Shown: positions 26,844-38,029 of the stretch, in pieces | Layout: each line of letters starts with the position of its first letter | How positions within the stretch are numbered: position 1 is the first letter of the stretch | Source: Octopus bimaculoides | Lineage: Eukaryota | DNA: 48,235 nt | NCBI RefSeq assembly: GCF_001194135.2 | Contig: NC_068984.1 | Coordinates: 106,502,150 to 106,550,384, forward strand | Reading direction: 5' to 3' | The notes under the pieces: model-generated | Seen by the model: only the letters and a program-made list of their open reading frames with translations | Told to the model about the DNA's origin: nothing | The model's database searches: none | Program-made: the position numbers and the translations under genes

Positions 26844-27142
26844 CTGTGTATGCATATGTGCGTCTAAGCACGAACACAGAAATAAATTTTCGTCTCAATA
26901 TCTTCCTTTCAACTTTTACATCATTTTCGTTCTCTTACCATTTTACAACAACAAAGGCTCATTACGTCATTTTCTGTAAACTTGAATGTATAATTTTCAC
27001 GTTCATATTTGAATTTTTTGCGTTTCAATTTTTCTCTGCTTTTTACCTATTCTCGAAGTTGATGGACATATAGCGGTACGTAAAACAATCGGAAAATCTC
27101 TCCTAAAACTTTTTATTGATGTATACGACGAAACCCAGAACG
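25999..27142. repeat. ~1.15-kb imperfect palindrome (long inverted repeat)
   Basis: Outer arms 25999-26292 and ~26853-27142 align as reverse complements (~85% by eye). Inner arms ~26355-26470 and ~26572-26685 also align, with mirrored (CA)n/(TG)n and (TA)n tracts between outer and inner arms. Confidence 0.9.
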
Positions 27143-27169
27143 GGTCGAAACATGTGTCATACCCAATAA
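27113..27169 (+). ncRNA. Minimal type I hammerhead-like motif, degenerate core (Penelope pLTR-type)
   Basis: Stem I TTATTG..GTAT/ATAC..CAATAA; core ACGACGA (vs CTGANGA); stem II ACCC-AGAAC-GGGT; GAAA; stem III AC-ATGT-GT with palindromic ACATGT; GTC triplet at 27156-58. Confidence 0.55.
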
Positions 27170-27506
27170 AATCTTTTCTCCCTCCATCTATCTTATTAAG
27201 ACTGTTACTTCAACCGCCACTGCGAAGTGTGACAATAAATCTACGGATAACCAACAGGTAATCGAAACTGCGTCAGTGCTTTACTCATCATCTATTTATA
27301 GATTTTGTATAATTTCTCCATTGCACGCACACACACACACACATATATATATACATATATATATATATACATACAATATATATATAATATATGTATAATA
27401 TATATAATGTATATATGTTATATATGTATATATATTAATAATATATATTAATATATATATACATACATATACACATATATGGATATGTATGTACATATGT
27501 ATGTAC

Positions 27507-27581
<75 letters not shown>

Positions 27582-28763
27582 TGTATGTATGTATGTGTGT
27601 TTTGTAAAAGGAATTGAAATTAATTTCTTATATATTTAAAAAAAGACATTAAATTCAGGAAATATTTCAAGAAGAAAAAATATCATTCGACTGAAATATT
27701 TTTCAATAAACAATCAAGATGAAAGATAAACATATTCCAGAAATGATGAGCATACTTCCACTGTTATGACATTATTAATTGGTGATGAATGTATATATCA
27801 TTTAATAAGTTTAGAAATAATCTTCCTAAATCTTTATTAAAAGTTCTTGTAAATATGACGGTTATTTGTCTGCGAATAAGTGAACTAGAATATCTATTTC
27901 ATGAATGATTAATGGAATTTTCTTTATATACTAAATGTCTGTGATATAGTGAAAGATATCATCTGAAAACTGAGAAAACATTTTGATTTCGATTAATGAT
28001 GTCACTCTTACTACATCATAAATATCTTCAGTGAAAAGAATGAATCTCACCTGCATTGCAGCTTGTCAAAATTAGCAAGTATAGACGATGGAATGTATCA
28101 TACATTATAGTTCATAGTGCTTCGTTATTTTCGGAGCCAATCTTTGATTTTCGTAGATGCTCTAATGTATAAAATCAAAGCCGTAAATTCGAGCAGCTGA
28201 GACGTCAATATGACATACGAATGTGTCAGAAATAGCAACTGAATTTATAGGCAGTTCGAAGCGCTCCCTATCCAGACTGATGGATGTTATCTCCTCTTCA
28301 GTATTTGTATGTTTGTATGTATACACACACACATTCAAACACGCGTGCGTACACATACACGCACACATTCAAACACGCGTGCGTACACATACACACACAC
28401 ATTTCACTTACGCATTGCAATACTAATATTATAGTGTGGAACTTAATATACATATACTTCAGAACAAAATGTTAGTCGAGCACAGAACGATAATAAGAAA
28501 ATGAGATGACAAAGGTATAAACGATTATCTTAAAAAGTTCATTAGATTACAGCTGTTTGTGCTATAAGATGTAGTTGAGTGCGTGAATAACACCTTATAG
28601 CTTCATCGGTGAAGATATAAGGTATTACTCACTCTCAACTATGAGTCCACTGCACCTTATAGCAAAAAGAGCTGTAAAGCTTAAGAAGGTCATAAGATTA
28701 TTGTTTATTCCTTTGTTATCTGTTTTCCTTATATACACATACATATATGTGTATATATATATT

Positions 28764-28824
<61 letters not shown>

Positions 28825-30034
28825 ATATGTATAAACACGCACTTATTTCAGGGAAATATTTTCTTAAATTTATAATTAGTAATTGCATGATTTAAAGAAA
28901 TTTCCCTGATGTATGGAACGGGAAAACCTCTATATATAGGTTTGAACTACTCTCTTGTTTTCTAAAGAGAAATTTTTTATAGAATTGCGAATTTTTAATT
29001 TAAGAAAATCTTTGTTCAAATTATGTGAGTGTATTAGTATTTGATAGAGAAACAGATATCAATGTATGTTCACTGAGAGATCGTGACAGTGAAGAGAGAT
29101 ACGTTATATTCAATTTATCGTGCTAATCCATAAAGAGAGCTCACACCATTTTTCTTTAACATGTAGAGTTCGCTGTATATTCATTGATATGTAAGATAAA
29201 CAGAATTTCATTGGGCTTTTGTGCGATTTTAAACGTATATACATTCAAAAGGAAAGACGAATAACGGTTTGAATTGCGTTCATTGCACTTTCAAATAATC
29301 ACGGCCTCTATGTCGTCCACTGTTATTCATCGTACATCAAAAGGTCCGGTTTAGAAGTATATGAGTATGATTAGCGCATATGGCGGCATTGTCCATCATG
29401 TCCTTTCTTTATGTTTCCAAATAGAATGAACTGGCTGTTACCTCTCAGAAACGAATAATTGCATCATTAAGGATAGTCGCTGTGATGGTGACAGTCTAAA
29501 CAAACCAAAGAACGGTAAACTTCCCTGTTGTTTCATTTACGCTATATTCCAAACCATACGAAATATTTAACTAAACAAACTCTCTCCAATGCAACATACA
29601 TAAACACTCTAAACAACGAAAGAACAACATCAGCAAATACTCGTGAATACTTGCAAAAAGATAAACACACTTCTCTTCGAAAAAATCAAAAGTAAAGCTG
29701 CTTAACCAGTATGAGCTATAATTAACCACCACTTAAAATTATTTTGAGAATTTCCTTTTGAAGTAATCCACCACATAACACACAAGTTAAAACGGGAGCA
29801 AGGAAATATTTCCTCTCAATGAAACAAATGTATGTATGTATGTATGTATGTATGTATGTATGTGTGTATGCAAGTATGTATGTATTCATACATATATTCA
29901 TACATACACACATACATACATGCATACATATATATATGATATATAATATATAGATAGATAGATAGTTAGTTAGGTAGACAGATAGCTATGTTATGCGTTA
30001 CTTTTAACGAACGTGAGAAAAAGCATGATGTAGA

Positions 30035-30068
<34 letters not shown>

Positions 30069-30669
30069 NNNNNNNNNNNNNNNNNNNNNNNNNNNNNNNN
30101 NNNNNNNNNNNNNNNNNNNNNNNNNNNNNNNNNNNNNNNNNNNNNNNNNNNNNNNNNNNNNNNNNNNNNNNNNNNNNNNNNNNNNNNNNNNNNNNNNNNN
30201 NNNNNNNNNNNNNNNNNNNNNNNNNNNNNNNNNNNNNNNNNNNNNNNNNNNNNNNNNNNNNNNNNNNNNNNNNNNNNNNNNNNNNNNNNNNNNNNNNNNN
30301 NNNNNNNNNNNNNNNNNNNNNNNNNNNNNNNNNNNNNNNNNNNNNNNNNNNNNNNNNNNNNNNNNNNNNNNNNNNNNNNNNNNNNNNNNNNNNNNNNNNN
30401 NNNNNNNNNNNNNNNNNNNNNNNNNNNNNNNNNNNNNNNNNNNNNNNNNNNNNNNNNNNNNNNNNNNNNNNNNNNNNNNNNNNNNNNNNNNNNNNNNNNN
30501 NNNNNNNNNNNNNNNNNNNNNNNNNNNNNNNNNNNNNNNNNNNNNNNNNNNNNNNNNNNNNNNNNNNNNNNNNNNNNNNNNNNNNNNNNNNNNNNNNNNN
30601 NNNNNNNNNNNNNNNNNNNNNNNNNNNNNNNNNNNNNNNNNNNNNNNNNNNNNNNNNNNNNNNNNNNNN

Positions 30670-30767
<98 letters not shown>

Positions 30768-30768
30768 G
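30670..30768. repeat. (CT)n microsatellite abutting gap
   Basis: Direct reading. Confidence 0.98.
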
Positions 30769-30799
30769 CCTCAAGAACGAAACCTTTCAATAACTCTTT

Positions 30800-30975
30800 C
30801 TGATTTTGGCAGAAGGCCAGAAACTTTTAAGGGAGGTGACAAGTCGATTTGCAGTAGTTGTCTGTGTATTCTATTGTTCGCGAATGGAACACAGGGAAAG
30901 TTGACCTCGGCAAAATTTTAACTCAGAACGGCAAGAACCCGTAGGAACGCCAGTAACGATTCTGTCAAGGTTTCC
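30800..30975 (-). mobile_element. tRNA-derived SINE (family 1), degenerate and deleted
   Basis: AAGTCGATTT..GGAAAGTTGACCTCGGCAAAATTTTAACTCAGAACG..AACGATTCTGTCA. Confidence 0.45.
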
Positions 30976-32133
30976 CCTGCTCACCGCTTTAAACATTTCA
31001 TCGCCTCATCGGTATTCGTTGAAACTCTTTAGACTTCAAGTCCATATCCTGTTACGGTCACATTTTCTATTCGTCCTTTCCTGGTCCAAAAATACTATAC
31101 TAGATCAGTATTCTTTTTTTTTCGAATCTACTCTATATTTTACTTCTTTTGTTTTCTCTGCAAAGAATTAGGGGTAATCATACGTGGAAATGCTTGAAAT
31201 GCCTACGACACACCGTAGACATCAACGGCGCGGCTATGACCCCATCACAAGTTGTATGTAGGCATTACTCCACGTAACATATCGCATTTTAGTCTTAACA
31301 AACAAACTATGGAGGCTCCATTTCACAGTTTTATATATATATATATATATATATGATTTAAAAATACAATGTGTTTATTATTGTAGTTTTGACTTTAAGA
31401 GTCCCTCCAAACGTGAGGCATTTATGTATAGTAATGCCCTTAATATAAATAAATAAATCTAAAGGGAATGATTAATAAATTTTTCCCTTATGAGGTTTTT
31501 CACGCTAACTACTTGATACATTCTTATAAAGATTTTATCCTATTAAAAAATTTTTAAAATTGTAAATTTAACCGGAATATATTCAGTGCTGAATTTTATT
31601 TTGAATAAATACGTGTACCGAGATGCAATTCGAAAAGTCCGCCTCTTACATAGATATATATAAGTGTGAACAATTCAATGTACTATGCTCGATACTATGT
31701 CTGGTATGTTGATTTTTTGTTTATTTTTATGTGTTTTGATTATGCTTGCACTGACGATTGAAAAGTACTATATATATATATATATANNNNNNNNNNNNNN
31801 NNNNNNNNNNNNNNNNNNNNNNNNNNNNNNNNNNNNNNNNNNNNNNNNNNNNNNNNNNNNNNNNNNNNNNNNNNNNNNNNNNNNNNNNNNNNNNNNNNNN
31901 NNNNNNNNNNNNNNNNNNNNNNNNNNNNNNNNNNNNNNNNNNNNNNNNNNNNNNNNNNNNNNNNNNNNNNNNNNNNNNNNNNNNNNNNNNNNNNNNNNNN
32001 NNNNNNNNNNNNNNNNNNNNNNNNNNNNNNNNNNNNNNNNNNNNNNNNNNNNNNNNNNNNNNNNNNNNNNNNNNNNNNNNNNNNNNNNNNNNNNNNNNNN
32101 NNNNNNNNNNNNNNNNNNNNNNNNNNNNNNNNN

Positions 32134-32180
<47 letters not shown>

Positions 32181-32559
32181 GTAAAATAAAGGAAGAAAAT
32201 GCGCACACTTTACACAGCTTTAATATATTTTTGAATATATTTTATATTGTGTTTGTCGACTGGTTTTACTTTCGCTAATTATGACACTGAAATTACCGTA
32301 AATTCGTATTTTCTAAAGATTTTAGTCTATGTTGTGTGTGAAAAAGTTTATAAGTGAATGATTCAACAAGCAGAAAAATCTAGCGGGAGGTAACTGGTGA
32401 TCGTTATTATTGGGGACAGGGTAGGTAATTGTTCATCTTACGGGGAGGGATGAATAGATAGACACAAAAACTCAAAAGCTAAAGTAGTGAAATGAAATAT
32501 GTACAATGATGAGTATGTGATCATGAATTAAAATATATACTGAGATCAAAGTTGGTTAA

Positions 32560-33455
32560 GCGTTCATATTTAGACGTGTTCTGTATTTTTCAATAAAAAA
32601 ATTCTTTATTGAAACGTTCTTGTATAGAAATTGTTTGTTTGCACGGATAGATGGGGAAAACTGTGAAGTTTTGTTGGATATTTCCTGCACATCTCTCTAT
32701 GTGTCCACACAAAGGAATCTGTCTGTATTGCAGAAACTGGATCTGTTCCTTATGTAGTATGGTTCTCCACCTCAGTCATACTTGTCTGTCCTATATCATT
32801 ATGTTCACAACTTGAGCAAGTTATAATATAAATTAGATTCTTGGAAGCTCAAGTGAAATTGGTTTTAATTGCAAACCTCTCTCCTTGTTTGAATAGGAGG
32901 TTGGGGCATGTTCCACAGTTTGGGCGTCCACATTTTAAAACCATTGTGTGTATTTTTTGTCGTGGCTGTTGTGTAAAGCTTTATATTTGTTAGAAATCTT
33001 TTTAGGTATTTGTGTTGCCTTTTACATTTGATGAATTTATGCGTTTTCAGAATGTTGTTCATTTTTGGATCTCTAGTTAGCATAGGTAGATTATGCCTCA
33101 TCGTTTCTAGGGTTGTGAGTTGATATATACAGTAATGTTTTGAGATGAGGTGTGGTGTTACACTTTGTTGCCCTTAGTGTTTTAATGTCTAATTTCTTAG
33201 CCCGCTTAATTTCATCGCCTATAACTGAGGGTGGATATTGTCTTTCAGTTAGTGTTGTTCTGAGGTTTTGAAGACGAAGGTCCCGAGTATTTCTATCAGG
33301 CATTATTGTGCAAATCCTTTTCTATAAAAGGAGATATTTGATATTTGTTTTGATGTGTTTCGGGTGGCATGTGCTAAACAGGAGATATTGTTTCGTGTCC
33401 GTTGGTTTATAATAAACGTCAGTTATAATTTGGTTGTTGACTTTTTTATCATAAT
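32560..33455 (-). mobile_element. Penelope-like retroelement 3' remnant (RT thumb, Zn linker, GIY-YIG; Neptune-like)
   Basis: Minus strand: IITDVYYKPTDTKQYLLFSTCHPKHIKTNI..RICTIMPDRNTRDLRLQNLR..RQYP.., then KCGRPNCGTCP and NFT*ASKNLIYIITCSSCEHNDIGQTS. A CxxxxCxxC linker is typical of Neptune-group PLEs. Confidence 0.85.
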
Positions 33456-33459
33456 ATCA

Positions 33460-34068
33460 CAGAAAGATTGGGCCAGTGAGATGGTAGAAAGGCCCCTAGT
33501 CTTGTGGGGCACTGTCATATTCTCTGATGAGTCCTGATTTACTGTACAGTGGTCGAGTGTGGGTTTGGAGACTGTGATCAAGAATTTGAAAAGATTGCAG
33601 CCAACAACGAAACACGGCAGCTATTCTGTGATAGTTTGGGGAGCAATTTGGGTCAATGTTTCATCAGAGCTGATGGAGTGTGAGGGAAACATAAACTCAG
33701 TAAAATGTGTCCATATTGCAGAAAGGACGCCTTCCAAACTTCTCCAGTGGTGAAATGATTAAAGAAGACTCTTTTTTTATGGAAGATGGAGCCTCCTGGC
33801 TAAAATGACTCAAGATGTTTTGGACGAGAATAGCATTAGAAAGCTTCCATGGCCACGCTAGCCACAAAATATGATACTTATTGAACACTTCTGGGACATA
33901 ATGGACAGGATAGTTCATAAAAAGAACACGAAAACATCTTCAAAGCCGGATCTTTTGAGATTACTTCATGAAACTTGGCAAGAAATTCCGGAAGAGAATA
34001 TTCGTCATCTGACCAGTAACATACATAATGCATTGAAAAATGCGAAGGGAATGTCTACTGAATACTAA
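33460..34068 (+). pseudogene. Degenerate Tc1-family DD34E transposase
   Basis: WGTVIFSDES, LQPTTKHGSYSVIVWGAIW, FMEDGAS and LPWPR*PQNMILIEHFWDIMDR..LHETWQEIP across frameshifts. Confidence 0.85.
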
Positions 34069-34180
34069 ATATTTACATTGTAACAATTAATAAATAATTT
34101 GAATGTATAATGTCTGATTTGAATAAATTTTAATAAGTATAAGGTTTTCTATTTAATTCTGTCATGTCATGTGTGTGTGC

Positions 34181-34253
<73 letters not shown>

Positions 34254-34391
34254 CACTGTAACTTGCTACACGTCCCCATCTTCCTATTTGCTTACCTTTG
34301 ATTTTTCTGTCTCAGTCTACATGCCCTCTCTTCTTTCTCTCTATATATTTATATATAGCTGTCTTGTATCTTTTATCTATTACCTGCTTTA

Positions 34392-34765
34392 GTCATTAGA
34401 CTGCCTCCATGCTGGGGCCTCGCGTTAAGGAATTTCAGTCGAACTAATCGACCCTATTATTTATTTGTTTAACGCCTCGTACTTATTCTGTCTGTGTATT
34501 TTGCCGAACCACTAAGTCACAAAGACGTAAACATACTAAGACCATTAGTGAACTGGTAGTGAGGGACAAATAGAGAAATAGACTCTCTCTCTCTCACACA
34601 CACAAACAAATAGATAAATAACCAACGGTATTCTTTCAGTTTCCGTGAACCGAAACTCCTTGCAAGATCTTGGTCGACTCGGGGTTATAGTAGAAGATGT
34701 CACGCAGTGTGACTGAAGCTAGACCCAATTACAGCAGATGCAACATTCTTACCACACACACATAG
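34392..34765 (-). mobile_element. tRNA-derived SINE (family 2) with internal (CT)(CA) tract
   Basis: CCATGCTGG..AGTCGAACTAATCGACCC..TTTTGCCGAACCACTAAG..TCTTTCAGTTTCCG..TATAGTAGAAGA..CACGCAGTGTGACTGAA..TTCTTACCACAC; homologous to 13561-13650. Confidence 0.65.
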
Positions 34766-34802
34766 AGCCGCACACATACAGTAGCGCACACACACGGACA
34801 TA

Positions 34803-34821
34803 CACACACGCACACGTACAC

Positions 34822-34907
<86 letters not shown>
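34803..34907. repeat. (CA)n microsatellite
   Basis: Direct reading. Confidence 0.97.
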
Positions 34908-34910
<3 letters not shown>

Positions 34911-36007
34911 CACATAAGCATTACGTAGACTACGGTTAGGGAAGCAGACAATTTTTTAAAATAATATTTATTGTGTTGTTTCATCTTTCCTGCAAAGAAT
35001 CGCTGGCAAGAATTAAATCGCTGCTTTCTTTGAATCTTCGTTTTTTCTTTTTTTTTTTGGTCCAAATATACATATGCAAATTAAGAAACAAAAATAAATA
35101 ACAACAGAAATATAAAATTGCATTTGATGCTTTATCTTAGATTTAGATTCGAAATTTAAGAGAAAAAATTAGCCTGCATTTGAAACTAATCGATTTTATA
35201 TAAGATTTCTAGATGTACTTTCTGCTTTGTCACGCATGCAAAGAATAATAAATTTCATGCAATTTATTGATTGAGGCAGCTTTCTGCTTATTACCTGCCT
35301 GGAAACTACTTCCTCAACGTCTCTAATCTATTTACGGTTTTGAAACATGATTTATAATAATACTTTACATATAACAGTTGTCTGTTTCATTATCTAATTA
35401 AATCTAGTCCTTTTTCCTTGTCTTTTTCGCTTCTTCATCTACAAATGTTGTCACATAATACTTTTCACACAATACACAGATTAACATACATGTATGTGTT
35501 CTCAAATACATGAAAGCTCAAATACACTTATACCCGTACGCATATATACAGATTATAATACACACACGCACACATACATACATACATACATACATACATA
35601 CATACATACACACACACACACGCACACACACATATATATGTATGTATATATATATATATATNNNNNNNNNNNNNNNNNNNNNNNNNNNNNNNNNNNNNNN
35701 NNNNNNNNNNNNNNNNNNNNNNNNNNNNNNNNNNNNNNNNNNNNNNNNNNNNNNNNNNNNNNNNNNNNNNNNNNNNNNNCAATCAGGCCCGCAGTCATAA
35801 TATTTCCGTATCAATAGGTGAAGTTGAAACACGAAGAACTCATCTTTAGAGCTGATTGAAAATAAGTATATTGACTCTATTTACCATATTTATGGATTAC
35901 TCAGCTGAACAATCGTCTTCTCAGTATGACTATATCCCCACAAACAAAATCATTTTCGTACCTTCATGCATTACTACGTGTGTATATGTATGGTTATATG
36001 CGTGTTT

Positions 36008-36225
36008 TATGTATGTATGTCATTATTCAGTTTTATTTCAAGATTTCTTGCCAATAGAGAAAGAATCTGTTTCTAACCTAGATCCAAGGCTCCCTCATTG
36101 GAATTTCAACATCAACAACAGGGAATTTCTGTATGTGCGTATGTATACGTGTAGATTTGCCTGTTTTGTTTTATGTATGTCTTATGCATATACTTGAATA
36201 TCTAGACATGCTCATATATATATAA
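36008..36225 (+). repeat. ~215-bp interspersed repeat, copy 1 (copy 2 at 43552-43762)
   Basis: TATGTCATTATTCA.TTTTATTTCAAGATTTCTTGCCAATAG..TTTCTAACCTAGATCCAAGGCTCC..GGAATTTCAACATCAACAACAGGG..ATATCTAGACATGCTCATATATA is shared with 43552-43762. Confidence 0.9.
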
Positions 36226-36262
36226 ATTATAAACTTCTGGTAAGTTTTACAGATTTTTACAG

Positions 36263-36321
36263 TTCCACTGATGGAGTAGATCTGTAGTCTACGAATCAGC
36301 CTTTTCCTTTCTGGTTTGGAA
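36263..36321 (+). ncRNA. Type I hammerhead-like three-way junction with variant core
   Basis: Stem I TTCCA/TGGAA; core CTGATGGA (one extra G); stem II GTAGA/TCTAC; GA then stem III ATCAG/CTGGT (one A short of GAAA); GTT triplet at 36314-16. Confidence 0.5.
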
Positions 36322-36369
36322 AAACCTAATTTCACAAGATTTATATTTAAGCAGTGTGTTACATATCAC

Positions 36370-36912
36370 CCAACAATTACAGGTATGCCCCAATAATTAC
36401 AGGCATGAACTTGATCTTGTAGTCTTGATAGAGTAATTGCAGATTCCACAATCGTTCAGAGTAAGTATTCTCTTTTTCACTGATCTTCTGCTTTATATTA
36501 ACATTCACTGGGCTGCTGATTTCCTCGACTGTACACAGTTTTTCTTCTCTATCCCAAATCCTTAAATCCTTATATCAGGTCGATTGTGTTTATATTTTAT
36601 TGAGGTTTTTTACTGGGATATTGCACAAATACTCATTTTTATTATGAGTGGCTATGGCTTCCACCATACTGTAGTTTCTGTTTTTTTGTCCTCGGGGTTA
36701 TCTCGTTATACAGATCTCGTTATACGTGTCCTAGCTACATCACGTCTCATCAGTAGGTAATACTATGGAGACATTTTCTGACAACTGCTTATAATGTGGG
36801 TTATAACGTTCGTGTTAACTCCACAAAGTCTGCATCGGTTGTCACATTTTACTCTTTTCCTGCATCTCTGTCCCTTTTGAGCATTAGGTATTTGGTTGAT
36901 ATTTCCTGTTGA
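36370..36912 (-). mobile_element. RLE non-LTR retrotransposon 3' remnant (R4/Dong-like, different subfamily)
   Basis: Minus strand: KCDNRCRLCGVNTNVITHIISSCQKMSP*YYL..R.DVA, then HNRPDI/IWDREEKLCTVEEISSPVNVNI..EKENTY..LLYQDYKIKFMPVIIGA. Confidence 0.75.
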
Positions 36913-37120
36913 TGCAGGAATCGTTCGTACGCCGGGCAAAATGCTTAGCAGCATTTCTTCCGCCTTTACGTTCTCAATTCAAATTCTGCTGAAGTCGACT
37001 TTGCCTACCCTCCTTCGGAGTGGATAAAATAAGTACCAGTTAAGCACTGTGGTCGATGTAATCGATTTACCCCTTCCCTTAAAATTGCAAGCCTTGTGCC
37101 AAAATTTGTAACCAATAATA
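36912..37120 (+). mobile_element. tRNA-derived SINE (family 1), forward
   Basis: GCAGGAATCGTT..GCCGGGCAAAATGCTTAGC..AATTCAAATTCTGCTGAAGTCGACTTTGCC..AAGTACCAGT..GGTCGATGTAATCGA..CCTTGTGCCAAAATTTG. Confidence 0.75.
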
Positions 37121-37590
37121 GCGTTAATGAGGCACTAGAGAATGGTAAGTTAAAACGATAAGATAATCATCTACATTGTAAATACCGGGAAAAAAATGAT
37201 GGAAGGACATAAGTGAACAAAAATTGCAATACCGGGCTGAGAAGTGCAACACTCAGACTCAAATTTAAGATCGATTCATTTTGACTGGGCTACGTGTCTG
37301 TGGTTCAGAAAAAAAGCTGGTAAATGCTTTTAATGATGTAGAACGCATTAAGTAACTTCAAAATGTATGAATAATACGAAGAGACAATAACTCTCTTCGC
37401 CAAGAGAGAATACACCTGTAGGCGTGACAAAATGTTTACTTAGACAGAAAATCATACCGGCACTTTGGAATGCTAACAGAAAATTGATGGCAAAAAAAAA
37501 AAACAAAAAAAAACACCAGAAAATATCTCAGAGAATGGGAAAGCGAAAATAGTTAATGATAATGAGACTGGACAGCCCAGAAGCTGGTAA

Positions 37591-37627
37591 ATATTATTAC
37601 CATTATTATTATTATTATTACTATTAT

Positions 37628-37695
<68 letters not shown>

Positions 37696-37717
37696 GTAGT
37701 AGTAGTAGTAGTAGTAG
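37591..37717. repeat. Compound (ATT)n(AGT)n microsatellite
   Basis: Direct reading; a second (GCA/GTA)n tract lies at ~37947-38029. Confidence 0.97.
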
Positions 37718-37971
37718 CTCTTGTAGAAGCCTTAGCTATAGTTACTGGTGTTTCATTCAATGTAGCCTTCATTGAGTAAACCCATGATCAAAGATATTCG
37801 AGCGGTGGACACGCCATTTTTTAAAATTATTTCTACTACGAGAGTCAACATTGAAATTCCATTTTAAAAACTTAGATGGGACTTAATGCAGATCTGATTG
37901 TAATCTATAGTAGGCCGAGCGAATATTAAGACGTTTCATCCTTGACTCTAGCAGCAGCAGTAGCGGTAGCA

Positions 37972-38029
<58 letters not shown>

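Noticed and set aside
5027-32278. Many 150-400 aa ORFs in the track (e.g. 5027-6007, 12995-13717, 14935-16265, 29966-30803)
   Set aside because: They are open only because they cross N-runs or dinucleotide repeats (poly-X, CV, YI, HT, ER peptides).
33524-33530. CTGATGA as a hammerhead core (also on the minus strand near 23812, 24024 and 36748)
   Set aside because: These fall in transposase or LINE coding sequence (e.g. FSDES) with no stem II plus GAAA in register.
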